Source: Octopus sinensis (Eukaryota). From it: a stretch of DNA of 64,000 nt. Of this stretch, positions 1 through 11,822 are shown piece after piece. A program made the position numbers and the translations under genes. How positions within the stretch are numbered: the first letter of the stretch is position 1; each line of letters opens with the position of its first letter. The DNA lies in NCBI RefSeq assembly GCF_006345805.1, contig NC_043000.1, positions 48,298,001-48,362,000 on the forward strand, in the 5' to 3' direction. The notes under the pieces are model-generated. The model saw only the letters and a list, made by a program, of their open reading frames with translations, ran no database searches and was not told the origin of the DNA.

Positions 1-1094
1 TTGCTTGGTACAATAATATCTATGAATTCCTCTTTATCAGCATTTCTAAGCTTCCAGTGGAGATAACCTTGAAACTTTCATAAAGATGAATTTTGGCCCA
101 TTATGGTTCCAAATGGTGATTAATATTACAAATAACTGTCTGTTACACAAATACAACAGAACTTTCTTAAAAGGAATTGTATCATAACATTGTCATGTTT
201 TCAATATATGTAATAAATAAGTAAAGAATGGAAGTAGCTGGCATTACTTTTATTCCACAGCTTACAGTTGTCTTAACAAGTGAGTTACAAATGAAATATC
301 ATGTATATTAACATACGATCAAAACGCCCCCATCCAATGGACAGTGCTGAGTTGTCAAACATTTGAACCAAATTTTCTCAAAACAACTTGTCCGACCGTC
401 CCATAGGCCTCCCCTGTTGAGAAACACTAATTTAACCTAAATTTGAGACACCAGCAAAAAAAGAAATAAAGATAGACATTTTTTCTATTCCAAAGAAAAA
501 CTATTTTATTCACACAAATATGCAACCAAAGAGTTTAAAGTACCAGCAATGATAAGGCTGTTGACTGGGAGAACACAAATATGGTTTAAACAGTAAGCTT
601 GGCAGGAAAGAAACGTGCCTTTAAGCAGTACAAAAACAACAAAAAATGAAAGGTGCAGTTATGTACAGGTTGACAGAAGAAAAGCAGGGCAAAAATAGTT
701 TTATCAATCACATTCTCACCTGGAATTGATTTTAATAATTTTTTCAAGACTTATACACTCCCTAATACCGTTGGCATCTACATATCATATTTGAGCGCAA
801 TCAGATGGAGCATGCCTGAGATCCTAGCAGACACACAGACAGACAGACAGAACAGATTTTATATAATAGATATGGGGAAAATGATATAGTCATTCCCACT
901 ATGCAATGTATTACATAATACTCTCTGCAATTGTTTAATTTATAACTGAATGGTGTTTTTGGTAACATATATTGGTGAAATACACACTCAAATAGATATA
1001 TAGATAAATCGGTAGATAGCTGTATGCAACAGACTTCCACATTGTTTCCATTTACTAAGTTTCATTCACAAGTTATTGACTAATCCATGACTAA

Positions 1095-1370
1095 AGTAGA
1101 AGACATTTGTTGTAAGAGCTGTTGAATGGTATTGAACCTGCAGTCATGCTGTTGCAAATTAAACTTCTTAACCACAAAACCAAACTTGTAGCTATGTAGA
1201 CAACAGTTTTGAAGAGACAAGTTTTGTATGGTTGACTTACATATTCAGGGCCAACTGAGAACATAACAAGTATAATGAAATCAATTTTCCTGAGTAAACC
1301 TAAACACAAATCAAACTCCAAAAATATGTTTGGAATACTTAGTTTTTGTTTGAGATAAAAGGTGAATTTC
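1095..1370 (+). mobile_element. Highly degenerate LINE (RTE-like) RT C-terminal fragment
   Basis: A plus frame reads KTKLVAM*TTVLKRQVLYG*LTY, resembling the RTE-type KTKL.lY.t.V.p.LLYG.ETW motif. The listed minus ORF 1091-1372 is its antisense shadow. Confidence 0.3.
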
Positions 1371-1439
1371 AAGAATTCACTTTTAGAATTTCAACCCAGT
1401 TCTACCATCTAGTTGACATAATTGTCATAAGATTAGCCT

Positions 1440-1683
1440 TTACTATGTATGTATTCCATCAAATCACTATGTCAATTTACCATTCACATTAATCTGTCAA
1501 ATATAATACCTATTTATTCACATTGTTTTGAATTAATCATGCATTATTTTGTAACTTTGAGATTTTGATGAGGTAACTGTTAATTTTTAGAATGATAATG
1601 TAGGGTTGGTGTGAGAGGCCAGATCTGACCAGTTTGAACATAAAACTGGTAAAATATGGATAGTTTAAATACTAAAGGGTTAA
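1440..1683. mobile_element. TTAA-ended MITE-like repeat (piggyBac-type ends), copy 1
   Basis: Ends in CTAAAGGG-TTAA; internal sequence (ccagatctg.c.agtttgaa.ataaaac.gg) is shared with 60884-61112. Confidence 0.4.
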
Positions 1684-2231
1684 ATATCTATTGTATAAGC
1701 TCCCTTACTGAGAGGATAAACTGTAAAGCAACAACAGGAGAGGCAGAAAAGATCTCAAGTGAGTGTACAAGATAGTTTAGTGATTTGAACCCCAACCATG
1801 AAATAATCAGTTTCTATTCATAAGTATTCTACTAGAGTTTCACATGATTGACCTATAAATCAATCAATCAGCACGAAGCTGATATAACTACTCAAATATT
1901 CTAAAATTCACGCCGTTTTAGCCAAGTTGAACCAATTTGGTGCCTAACTCCCAGCAGAGACTGCCTTGAGAATTCCAGCAAGGTAGACTGCTGTGAGCCT
2001 CCAAGCCAGACAGGTCACAACCTTACTACAGCTTGCCTTCAACAAGACACAGTGCTGTTCTCTTCCCCAAGCTTCAATAATATGTGTTTGTTATTGTATC
2101 TGAATTCTTCTTTTCTAGATAGCTAATGTTAAGCCAACACAATAAATCATTTCTATCAATAGATATTGTTGAATATTTGTTAGTTTTGCTTCATTTATAA
2201 TACATGTAGCCAGCCAGAACCACATGATGGT

Positions 2232-2548
2232 ATTTTGTTTTGTTTGTTTGTTCCTTCTCGAGCCATGCCTGGCTCATAAGGGCCGCTTTCCCGGTTTCCT
2301 TGGCGTATAGGTTCCCCACCTGGACGGGACACCAGTCCGTTGCAGGTGAGCTGCAAGATACAGGAGGAAAGAGCAAGAGAAAGTCATGGTGAAAGAGTCA
2401 GCAGAAGTTCACCATTACTTTCTGTCAGAGCCGTGTGGAGCTTAGGTGTTTCGCTGATAAACACACACATTGCCCGGTCTGAGATTCGAATCCGCGATCC
2501 CTCGACTGCAAGTCCGCTGCTCTAACCACTAGGCCATATGCCTCCACT
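2232..2548 (-). mobile_element. tRNA-derived SINE, family B
   Basis: Minus-strand head gtggaggcatatggcctagtggttagagcagcggact...ggattcgaatctc with Pol III A/B boxes; (AAAC)n-like tail; homologous to 29311, 40896 and 51821. Confidence 0.8.
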
Positions 2549-3349
2549 TACATGATTGTAGCCAACACATGATATGCAAACCCCATGACAATAGTAAATA
2601 AACATAATGAGAAATCTCACATGTAATGTAATGTTTTGAATGGCTTTGATTAACTGAAATTATCCTCTTAATTAGTAGACAAAATTTCTCTGTTGGGTGT
2701 TAAAAATCTAAAACAAGGGAGATATACAATATGAGTGCCAATAGAGGCTTTTGGTTAAGATTATGCTGGTAGGAATAAAATTTGTCTTTAAAGCTAATTA
2801 ATGAGTGCTGAGAACTAATTATCCCAAAATCTAATTAGTCCAAAATATTACTTTCACTAGTTGACAGTAAAGTCAATATTCATTGCTATCTATAACATCT
2901 TCATATTCTGAAAAATTCAGTTGGCTGGCTGACATTACTGGAATTATCTCCCTTTCTAGTTGTCTTTAGATTATTAAACACTCTTAACTGCTAAGCAGAA
3001 ATTTTGTCTATAAATTGCATGGGCGATTTCAGTTAATCAAAATTTTTACTTCAACTCTTTGTATTACATTTGTTAGCAGTTGTATAGTAAATGTGGTGAA
3101 TACTTTGAATCCAGAAAGGAATACAGGTGTCTGTCCAAATGGTTTGCCACTAAACATAGATAAATTCTTTAACCTAAGTGGCTGCTGATGATATAATAAT
3201 ATCTTAAGTATTATACATGGAATAAATTGAAAGAAGTTTAGGGTCTTTATGAGAGGTCAATAATTACTGATCTCTCACAGACATATTATAATTTGTCCCC
3301 GTGAGTCAAGAGCAGTTGTATAAGACAAATACGACAGTATTACCATAAT

Positions 3350-3595
3350 TACCAGACTATCAGATGTTGTAATACACTGCTGGTCACAATGCACTTCCTC
3401 ACGTTGTAGCTTTTGAATAATGACACCCCATTGGCTAGTCAGGCAGGCTAACATTCTGACTGAGCAGAATACTAGTTTGTCACAGAGTTACCTATTTACA
3501 ATGAGTTGAGCGGAGCAATATGAAATGAAGTGTTTTGCTCAAGAACACAATGGACGATTGATACCATGATCTTGAGTTTGTGAGTGCATACCTTT
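3350..3595 (-). mobile_element. Diverged SINE with family C-type head and the 3' module of the 29311 family B copy
   Basis: ctggtcacaatgcacttc...ttggctagtcaggcagg is the reverse complement of the 29500-29570 module; gtgttttgctcaagaacacaa is the family C head domain. Confidence 0.5.
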
Positions 3596-3772
3596 ACTAT
3601 AAAGCAGATATAAAAAGCCTAATATACTAACAACAGGCTTAGCTAGTGTGGATTAATAGACTATAAGAGTACCCAGAATTGGGTAGTGTGAACAGACAGG
3701 TTTTCGATCAAAATAAACAAAACTAGCAATGAAATGTTGAGGCTTTCATCCAGCACTTAATCATAAATACTT

Positions 3773-4199
3773 ATTCTTTTACTCTTTTATTCTTTTACTT
3801 GTTTCAGTCATTTGACTGTGGCCATGCTGGAGCACCGCCTTTTAGTCAAGCAAATCGACCCCAGGACTTATTCTTTGTAAGCCTAGTACTTATTCTATCG
3901 TTCACTTTTGCCAAACCACTAAATTACGGGCATGTAAACACACCAGCATAGGTTGTCAAGCGATATTGGGGGGGGGGACAAACACAGACACACAAACATA
4001 TACACACGCATACATACATGCATATATACATATATACGACAGGCTTCTTTCAGTTTCCATCTAGCAAATCCACTCACAAGGCTTAGGTTGGCCCAAGGCT
4101 ATAGTAGAAGACACTCGCCCAAGGTGCCACGCAGTGGGACTGAACCCGGAACCATGTAGCTGGTAAGCAAGCTACTTACCACACAGCCACTCCTGCACC
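3773..4199 (-). mobile_element. tRNA-derived SINE, family A (full length)
   Basis: Head gcaggagtggctgtgtggtaag...ggttcagtccc, internal (TA/TG)n tract, tail ggtgctccagcatggccacagtcaaatgactgaaacaagtaaaaga; many copies in the window. Confidence 0.9.
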
Positions 4200-4929
4200 T
4201 ATGAATAGAGATGGAAATGAAAACTGCTCAATCAAGGTTGACTTGGAGCTAAACAACAATAATAATAACTACTCTACCCCTCTGATAAATATTGATCTTT
4301 AAAATACTGCTTTGATCGATGTGTGTTTCTGTGGTAATGCCTAACTTCAAGAAAGTTGCCAATTTCAAGAAAATATTTGAAAAACAACAATGTTCCCAAA
4401 AATACACAAATATACTCAAATCTCAGCAAATAATAGAAAAGTTATGTAATTTAAAATAAAAAAACAAAACACACTAAAATGTATTCTGCATTCCTCAAGG
4501 GTTGTAATTATATCATAATAATGTCAGTTATCCAATACATGGCTGCTAGCAGACATAGTTACCAAATACCTCTCTTTTCCCTACTACTCTAATAGAAAAT
4601 GGAGTCATCTAGCTAAGACTAAGGTTGTGGTGACTTCATTCATACATATTCATACAAACACATATACACACATCCTACACTTATATATATATATATAGAC
4701 ACACATACTCACAAACACAAACTCACACATATATATATATATATATGTATTTATGTATGTATGTATGTATGTATACACACACATCCTTCCCTCGTTTTGA
4801 CAGATAAAATTTGCATAGTCCTAAATTAATTATTTTTTGCCCAAGTATAATTAAAAGTGAGCAAATCAAAAGACTTGCGTTAAGTTTCTCTATCAAGTTA
4901 GAAGATCTGAGAATATCTTTCCTTTTTTT

Positions 4930-5240
4930 TTTTAACCATCATTATCGTCATCCTTATCCACATAACATCATCATCTACTTCCTTCTCTTTCTTATCATCA
5001 GCATCATCATCATCGTCTTTATTGCAATCTCTATGATCCCAACTGCTACCATCATCCTAATCACATTATTACATATCATCATCATCATTATCATTGTTAA
5101 TGCTATTATTACCATTAGTATATTCTTTGATTTTTCCCTACTCAAACTCATAATCCTGCTTCTCTTACTCCTCCCCCTCCTCCTCCTCATTATTATGAAC
5201 ATTATTATTGATGTTGTTGTCGTTGTTGTTGTTGTTATTA
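4930..5240. repeat. Degenerate (CAT)n/(ATT)n/(GTT)n trinucleotide tract
   Basis: Directly visible; source of the spurious poly-I/M/V ORFs. Confidence 0.85.
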
Positions 5241-5242
5241 TA

Positions 5243-5653
5243 GACGCAGGAGTGGCTGTGTGGTAAGTAGCTTGCTTACCAACCACATGGTTCCGGGTTC
5301 ATTTCCACTGCATGGCACCTTGGGCAAGTGCCTTCTACAATAGCCTCGGGCCAACCAAAGCCTTGTGAGTGGATTTGGTAGAAGGAAACTGAAAGAAGCC
5401 CATCGCATATATATATATATATATGTATATGTGTGTGTATATGTTTGTGTGTCTGTGTTTGTCCCCCAACATCGCTTGACAACCGATGGGGGTGTCTTTA
5501 CGTCCCCATAACTTAGCGGTTCAGCTAAAGAGACCGATAGAATAAATACTAGACTTCCAAAGAATAAGTCCTGGGGTCGATTGGCTTGACTAAAGCCGGT
5601 GCTCCAGTATGGCCACAGTCAAATGACTGAAACAAGTAAAAAAGTAAAAGAGT
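5243..5653 (+). mobile_element. SINE family A (full length)
   Basis: Same head, body and tail as 3773-4199; flanked by TTGTTATTAT on both sides (probable TSD). Confidence 0.9.
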
Positions 5654-5667
5654 ATTGTTATTATTAA

Positions 5668-5883
5668 GGTAGTGAGCTAATTTAATCATTAGAACATCGG
5701 GAGAAAATATTTTGCAGTTATTGTTTTGACACTTTTCATTCTGGATTCAAATTCTACCCAGGTTAACTTTGCTTTCCAGCCTTTTGGGGGTCAATAAAAT
5801 AAAGTAATGCGCAAATCCTGAGGTTGATGTTGTTGACAAGCTCCACCCTTCAAAATTGCTGGCCTTGTACCTAAATCATAAAC
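5668..5883 (+). mobile_element. Short tRNA-derived SINE, family D
   Basis: ggtagtgagct...ttctggattcaaattc...actttgctttcc...ggggtcaataaaataaagta; homologous to 7797, 8417, 8655, 13845 and 63535. Confidence 0.7.
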
Positions 5884-5941
5884 TGTTGTTGTTATTATCG
5901 TCCTCGTCATCATCATCATCATTATTATTATTATTATTATG

Positions 5942-6278
5942 TTTTTTCCTTCTTTCTTCAAATTTTCTTCTGTTTCTCGCCGAGTGTTTTCCATACACCT
6001 AGGGCATTCCCAGATTACACGCGCAAATTCACAGATAAAATATGTATTTAAAAATTAATAAATAAATAAATTCATGGATGTTATTTTCACAGCGATAGGG
6101 CTTTTCTCAGTACATGAGCCATTCCAGTTAATACGATTTTTTGCACTTCCTGTAGGGATAGTAAGCCTGGAATCATTTTCAAATAGGTTTCAGTACCTTT
6201 TTTTATCATTCCTAGAGATCCGACAATCACTGGTACTGTAGTCGCCTTGAGATGCCACATTTTTTCAATTTCTATTAG

Positions 6279-6279
<1 letters not shown>
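5942..6279 (-). mobile_element. 5'-truncated R4/Dong-like non-LTR retrotransposon 3' end (REL endonuclease C-terminus + 3' UTR)
   Basis: IEIEKMWHLKATTVPVIVGSLGMIKKGTETYLKMIPG...VQKIVLTGMAHVLRKALSL*; both ends abut (TAA)n. Confidence 0.85.
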
Positions 6280-6315
<36 letters not shown>

Positions 6316-6334
6316 ATTATTATCATCATCATTT

Positions 6335-7053
6335 ATGATTTCCTTTCATTATAAATTTACTTCAGCTGCCTTAGTACCAGACATCTTCCAGAGGCCTATA
6401 GTAGCAAGGACAGTTTTGTTTTGTTACACATGCTAAAATTATCACCCCGTGTATACCAATTTAGATGGCGAGTGCTTTCTGTAATATAAGGGTTGTACCC
6501 ATCCAGGTTATCTTTTGTAGTTCATAGAGATTGGAGTCACCAGGGAGTTGCTTTATATACTTCTCAGCGGCCTTCTTTATCATTTCCAATTCACCAATTA
6601 ATACTGGTATTATCGTAGTACTAAGCTTCCACATTTTTGTGATTTCAATTTGCAGACCTTTCCAGTGAGAAAACTTTTCATATTCGTTTCTTGAGACATT
6701 TTGATCTTTTGGGACAGACATATCTATTAACAGACAAGTTCCTCTCTTGTAGTCCTTGATCACAATGTCTGGTCAATTGGAGTCACTTTTTCTGCCTGTT
6801 TGTATTGGGAAGTTCCAAAGGATGGTGACGCACTTGCCATTTACTACATCCTCTGGATGGTAACTGTACCACTTATCACAAGATTTAATTTTGTAGAATT
6901 TACAAGCATTCCAGTGGATGTACTGCCCCAGTCAGTCATGTCTTATGAAGTACTCCTTTTCAGCGAGGACTGGGTAGCCAGAAACATGATCAATTGTCTC
7001 TGTGAATTTTCTGTAAATTCTGCACGAGGGGTCAGATCCATCTTTAAGGACGC

Positions 7054-7054
<1 letters not shown>
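6335..7054 (-). mobile_element. 5'-truncated R4/Dong-like LINE (degenerate zinc knuckle + REL endonuclease), pseudogenised
   Basis: One frame reads CRIYRKFTETIDHVSGYP...RHD*LGQYIHW...N*PDIVIKDYKRGTCLLIDMSVP...EYEK...LQKALAI*. Two in-frame TGA stops sit where CGA (Arg) is expected. Flanked by (TAA)n. Confidence 0.88.
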
Positions 7055-7124
<70 letters not shown>

Positions 7125-7170
7125 CATTATCATCATCATCCTCATCATCATTATTATTACTATTATTATT
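7055..7170. repeat. (TAA)n microsatellite with (CAT)n interruption
   Basis: Directly visible. Confidence 0.95.
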
Positions 7171-7171
7171 A

Positions 7172-7730
7172 TTGATTGAGAGAGCAGTGCATGCCATCAA
7201 AGTGACACTGAGGCAAAATATACAAAGCCCAGTATACCCATCATCACTACCCATCTGATGAGGTTACACTAGGCACATACATCACAATCATATGTACACA
7301 AGTTAGTGATCTCATATCAAGATAAACAGCACATGACCTTACGGGTGGGGCCCAGTTAGAATTTTCTTCTGGTCGAGTAGCCCATCCCACACAAATGGTT
7401 CTTGAATAAGGGTTGTTTAAGGATGTTGAACAAAACACTCATATTTCCAGAGGTGAATTATTCAAACTCCAAAGAATTCTTTTCTCAACACATGGTCATG
7501 ATGCTCCCCCACTACTTCTGCTTGTGATCAGTGATGCATATATCTTCAGCCTCTAAGGGATATGCTCAACAGGTGAAGGTCAACCAAATGACAAGCAAAT
7601 CTGTGGCATTGAGCAGAATATTTGCTCTAGCCCATCTGTTATACCAAGACAAAACAATGTACATGACAACACTTCTAATCAGTTAAGGTGACAAGGCATG
7701 AGAGCTACTGCCTGGTACTGCATCAGAGCA
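7172..7730. mobile_element. Unclassified ~560-bp interspersed repeat-like unit bounded by (TAA)n
   Basis: Higher-GC complex sequence with sharp boundaries into (ATT)n on both sides; no ORF recognised. Confidence 0.45.
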
Positions 7731-7796
7731 TATTATTATTATTATTATTATTATTAATATTATTGAAAGATACAGATAGGAAATCATTATTATTAC

Positions 7797-7990
7797 TGAG
7801 GCAGTGAATGAACAGAATTGCTAATATGCTGGACAAAATGCTTGCATCTCATTACTTTCTATGTTCAGAGGCTGCCAAGGTTGACTTTACCTTCATTCTT
7901 TCATGGTTGATAAACAAAATATAGTTGAGAAATGGGGGCAATGCAATTGACTAGTCCCCTCTCTAAAATTCCAGGATTTGTGCTAATAGT
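7797..7990 (+). mobile_element. SINE family D (diverged)
   Basis: gaggcagtgaatgaacagaattg...ttgactttaccttcattctttcatggttgataaa homology. Confidence 0.6.
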
Positions 7991-8017
7991 AGAAAGAACT
8001 ACTACTACTACTGCTAT

Positions 8018-8364
8018 CCAACCACATGGTTCCGGGTTCAGTCCCACTGCGTGGCATCTTGGGTAAGTGTCTTCTGCTATAGCCCCAGGCTGACCAATGC
8101 CTTGTGAGTGGATATGGTAGACGGAAACTGAAAGAAGCCTGTCGTATATATGTGTGTGTGTGTTTGTGTGTCTGTGTTTGTCCCCCTAGCATTGCTTGAC
8201 AACCAATGCTGGTGTGTTTACATCCCCGTCACTTAGCGGTTCGGTAAAAGAGACCGATAGAATAAGTACTGGGCTTCCAAAGAATAAGTCCCGGGGTCGA
8301 TTTGCTCGACTAAAGGCGGTGCTCCAGCATGGCCGCAGTCAAATGACTGAAACAAGTAAAAGAG
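8018..8364 (+). mobile_element. 5'-truncated SINE family A with a very long flanking duplication
   Basis: Starts at ccaaccacatggttcc; taatagtagaaagaact(a/t)ctactactactac at 7984 and 8365. Confidence 0.88.
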
Positions 8365-8416
8365 TAATAGTAGAAAGAACTTCTACTACTACTACTATTA
8401 TTATTTTTTTTTTTTT

Positions 8417-8847
8417 CGGTGAGCTTTCAGAATCATTAACATGTAGGGCAAAATGCTTGTGGTATTTAGTCTGTCTTAATGTTCTGAGTTTAAATTTTGC
8501 TGAGTTCAATTTTGAATTTCATGCTTTCGGAGTCAATAAGTTAAGTACCAGTTGAGAATTGGGCTAGATGTAATCAACTTACACTTTTTCCCCAAAATTA
8601 CTGGCCTCGTGCCAAAAATTTGAAACTATAATTATTATTATTATTATTATTATTGGCAGAATTGTTTGCACACTGGATGAAATACTTAGTGGTAATTTGC
8701 TTGTAGCTTTGTTCTGAGTTCAAATTCTGTAAGGCTGACTTTGTCTTTTATACTTTCAGGGCTCATAAATTAAGTACCAGTGAAACACTGGGGTCGATGT
8801 AATTGACTAGTTCCTTCACACAAAATTACAGGCCTTTAGTAGAAAGG

Positions 8848-8850
<3 letters not shown>
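8417..8850 (+). mobile_element. Two tandem SINE family D copies separated by (ATT)n
   Basis: Each has ttctgagtt.aaatt.tg...ataa.ttaagtaccag. Confidence 0.7.
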
Positions 8851-8901
<51 letters not shown>

Positions 8902-9974
8902 GTTATCATCATCATCATCATCAACAACTTTATCACAATCACCCTTGCCAACATTAGATAATTCCTTTTTCTTTAGTTTGTATTAAGATAGTTTTTTTTC
9001 TTCCATTTGTATTTTTAAATGTGTAAAATGCTATTAGTGAAATATTTTATTAATTTAATCAATAAACCCTGAAATTTCACTTCTATGGTAGAATCCTGCT
9101 TGCGCCCTCCCTCCCTCTCTCCACGATTTTTTTATCATATTTGATTTTTTATTTAGGTACAATCTTGTCCTCTTAGAATTCATTTAATATATTTATTCCA
9201 TATTTTGTTTGTATTTTGGTGGCATTTTGTTTTTCTTTCTTGAGAAAGAGAATTTTAAGATAATTTTGTTGTGGAAGAATATAAAGGACCAAAGGTATAA
9301 GGTATTTAAGAAATGCTCAACAATATCAGCAAATATCATTATCATCCTCATCATCATCATCATCACTGCCATCATCTTCATCATCATCATCGTTTTCATA
9401 ATCATCATGCTTGAAATTATTAATAGTAGTAGTTTAAAAACAAATTATCGCGATTATGATTATTATTGCTGTTGTTATCATCATTGGTGTTGTTATCATG
9501 TTGGTGGTGGTGGTGGTGGTTTGGTGGCGGCGGTAGCATTGCTGCTGCTGCTACTACTACATGTAGTAGTAGTAGTCATAGTAGAAGTAAAAAAAGCTGT
9601 GGCATCTGTTGGAGGAGAGTGAAATGATTGAGATAATTTAATTCAATTTCCACAACTGCATTCTTCAGTCAATCATTATGATTGCTATGAAGCCTGAAAG
9701 ACTTCAATTTCCCATGAAGCAGTAGGAGGGTTACATATTTATCAACTTGTCAGTACCAATGCACTTCAATGTTTTTAATGTACGTTGCTCTTGTGGCAAA
9801 CAAATAAAATCATCTCTATCATCATTATCATCCTCACCATCATCATTACCATTCCTCATCATTATCATCATCAATATTTTTATTGGAAGGTGAGAAAACA
9901 GAGAAGAAAATATTTTCCTCCTGTGAGTTTGCCAAAATTGGTGGTGGTGGTCAGTATTATTAGGTAAGAGTGGA

Positions 9975-10184
9975 TGAAACACAAACATATACACACACAT
10001 ACATATATATATACATATATACGACAGGCTTCTTTCAGTTTCTGTCTACCAAATCCACTCACAAGGCATTGGTTGGCCTGGGGCTATAGCAGAAGACACT
10101 TGCCCAAGATGCCACGCAGTGGAACTGAACCCGGAACCATGTGGTTGGTAAGCAAGCTACTTACCACACAGCCACTCCTGCGCC
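9975..10184 (-). mobile_element. SINE family A, 5' half ending in its internal microsatellite
   Basis: Head through gaagcctgtcgtatata(tg)n present; 3' half absent. Confidence 0.85.
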
Positions 10185-10232
<48 letters not shown>

Positions 10233-10718
10233 AGATAAGAAATGGAGCAATAATTAACAATGAGAAGTGGATCATTGGTGTTTAAAAGTTATTATTCAAT
10301 AGAATTTGGAACCATTTACAGCTGTTTCTGTTTATCAAATTGGAGTAAATTTACATTTACCTCATTACATTTAATAAACATCTTCAGAATGATCAGAGAG
10401 GAAAGAAAGGCAAAGAAAGAAGAGGAAAAAGAAAAAGAAAAGTGTTCGTTAAAGCTAAAGGCTTACATTTTAGTGACTTGTATATTTCCCCTTGTTAGTA
10501 GATTCCTTCATTGGATTCGTGTGGCACAGTTCCAATTTAATTTTCTTCTTTGCATTGGCTCCTGATAAACTTTTGTTTATCCTATTGTCACCTGCGCTCG
10601 ATGTATATGGTGTCCCTGCACTCCATTGCTTAGGGATAACATAGGTAATGGATGCTGATAGCATATATGGATATTTTATTCCTCAGTCGTTTACTACAAC
10701 CACTAACTCTATTTATAT

Positions 10719-11120
10719 ACTCTTTTACTCTTTTCAGTCATTTGACTGTGGCCATGCTGGAGCACCACCTTTAGTCGAACAAATCAACCCCGGGACTTAT
10801 TCTTTGGAAGCCTAGTACTTATTCTATCGGTCTCTTTTGCCGAACCGCTAAGTGACGGGGACGTAAACACACCAGCATCAGTTGTCAAGCAATGCTAGGG
10901 GGACAAACACAGACACACAAACACACACACGCTTACATATATATATATACATATATACGACCGGCTTCTTTCAGTTTCTGTCTACCAAATCCACTCACAA
11001 GGCATTGGTCAGCCCGGGGCTATAGCAGAAGACACTTGCCCAAGATGCCATGCAGTGGTACTGAACCCGGAACCATGTGGTTGGTTAGCAAGCTACTTAC
11101 CACACAGCCACTCCTGAGCC
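10719..11120 (-). mobile_element. SINE family A (full length)
   Basis: Complete head, body and tail. Confidence 0.9.
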
Positions 11121-11220
11121 TATATATATACTTTACGTATTTAACTCCTTTGTTTACGTATTTCATGTTGTTTGCACCATTGGTGACGTTTTGTACCCAT
11201 ATACGCATGTATATGTATGT

Positions 11221-11626
11221 AGGCGTAAGAGTGTCTGTGTGGTAAGTAGCTTGCTTCCCAACCACACGGTTCCGGGTTCAGTCCCACTGCGGGGCACCTT
11301 GGGCAAGTGACTTCTACTATAGCCTCGGCCAACCAAAGCCCTGTGATTGGATTTGGTAGATGGAAACTGAAAGAAGCCTGTCGTATATATGTATATATAT
11401 ATATATGTATGTGCGTGTATATGTTTGTGTGTCTGTGTTTGTCCCCCTAACATCACTTGACAACTGATGGCGGTGTGTTTATGTCCCCGTAACTTAGTGG
11501 TTCGGCAAAAGAGACAGATAGAATAAGTACTAGGCTTACAAAGAATAAGTCCTGGAGTCAATTTGCTCGACTAAAGGCTGTGCTCAAGCATGGCCTCAGT
11601 CAAATGACTGAAACAAGTAAAAGAGT
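11221..11626 (+). mobile_element. SINE family A (full length), head-to-head with 10719-11120
   Basis: Complete head, body and tail. Confidence 0.9.
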
Positions 11627-11637
11627 ATATATATATA

Positions 11638-11822
11638 TTGATAGATCGTTAGCCACTACACACATTTTTTTCTCTCCTTGTCTTTTTCTGTGTCCCTTTC
11701 TGTAGAAGAGCATACGCTCGAAACATAAAAGACTTTTTCTATTCCTGAGCATTATACTAATACATCTGTTTGCTTTGTACATCAACTGTCTTCGTCATTT
11801 TTTTTTTTCGTAAACTCTCCCT
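11638..11822 (+). mobile_element. (TA)n-flanked ~185-bp unit with a degenerate minimal hammerhead motif
   Basis: CTTT-CTGTAGA-A-GAGC-ATAC-GCTC-GAAA-CA-TA-AAAG at 11696-11731. Confidence 0.55.

Noticed and set aside
3953-4159. Recurrent ORFs ending RHLPKMPRSGTEPGTM
   Set aside because: Reading frames through SINE family A, not a gene family.
4811-5286. Poly-I/M/V ORFs (also 9209, 50661 and all YI/HT/CV ORFs)
   Set aside because: Translated microsatellites.
6800-7258. 152-aa plus-strand ORF
   Set aside because: Antisense shadow of the R4/Dong-like fragment plus (TAA)n.
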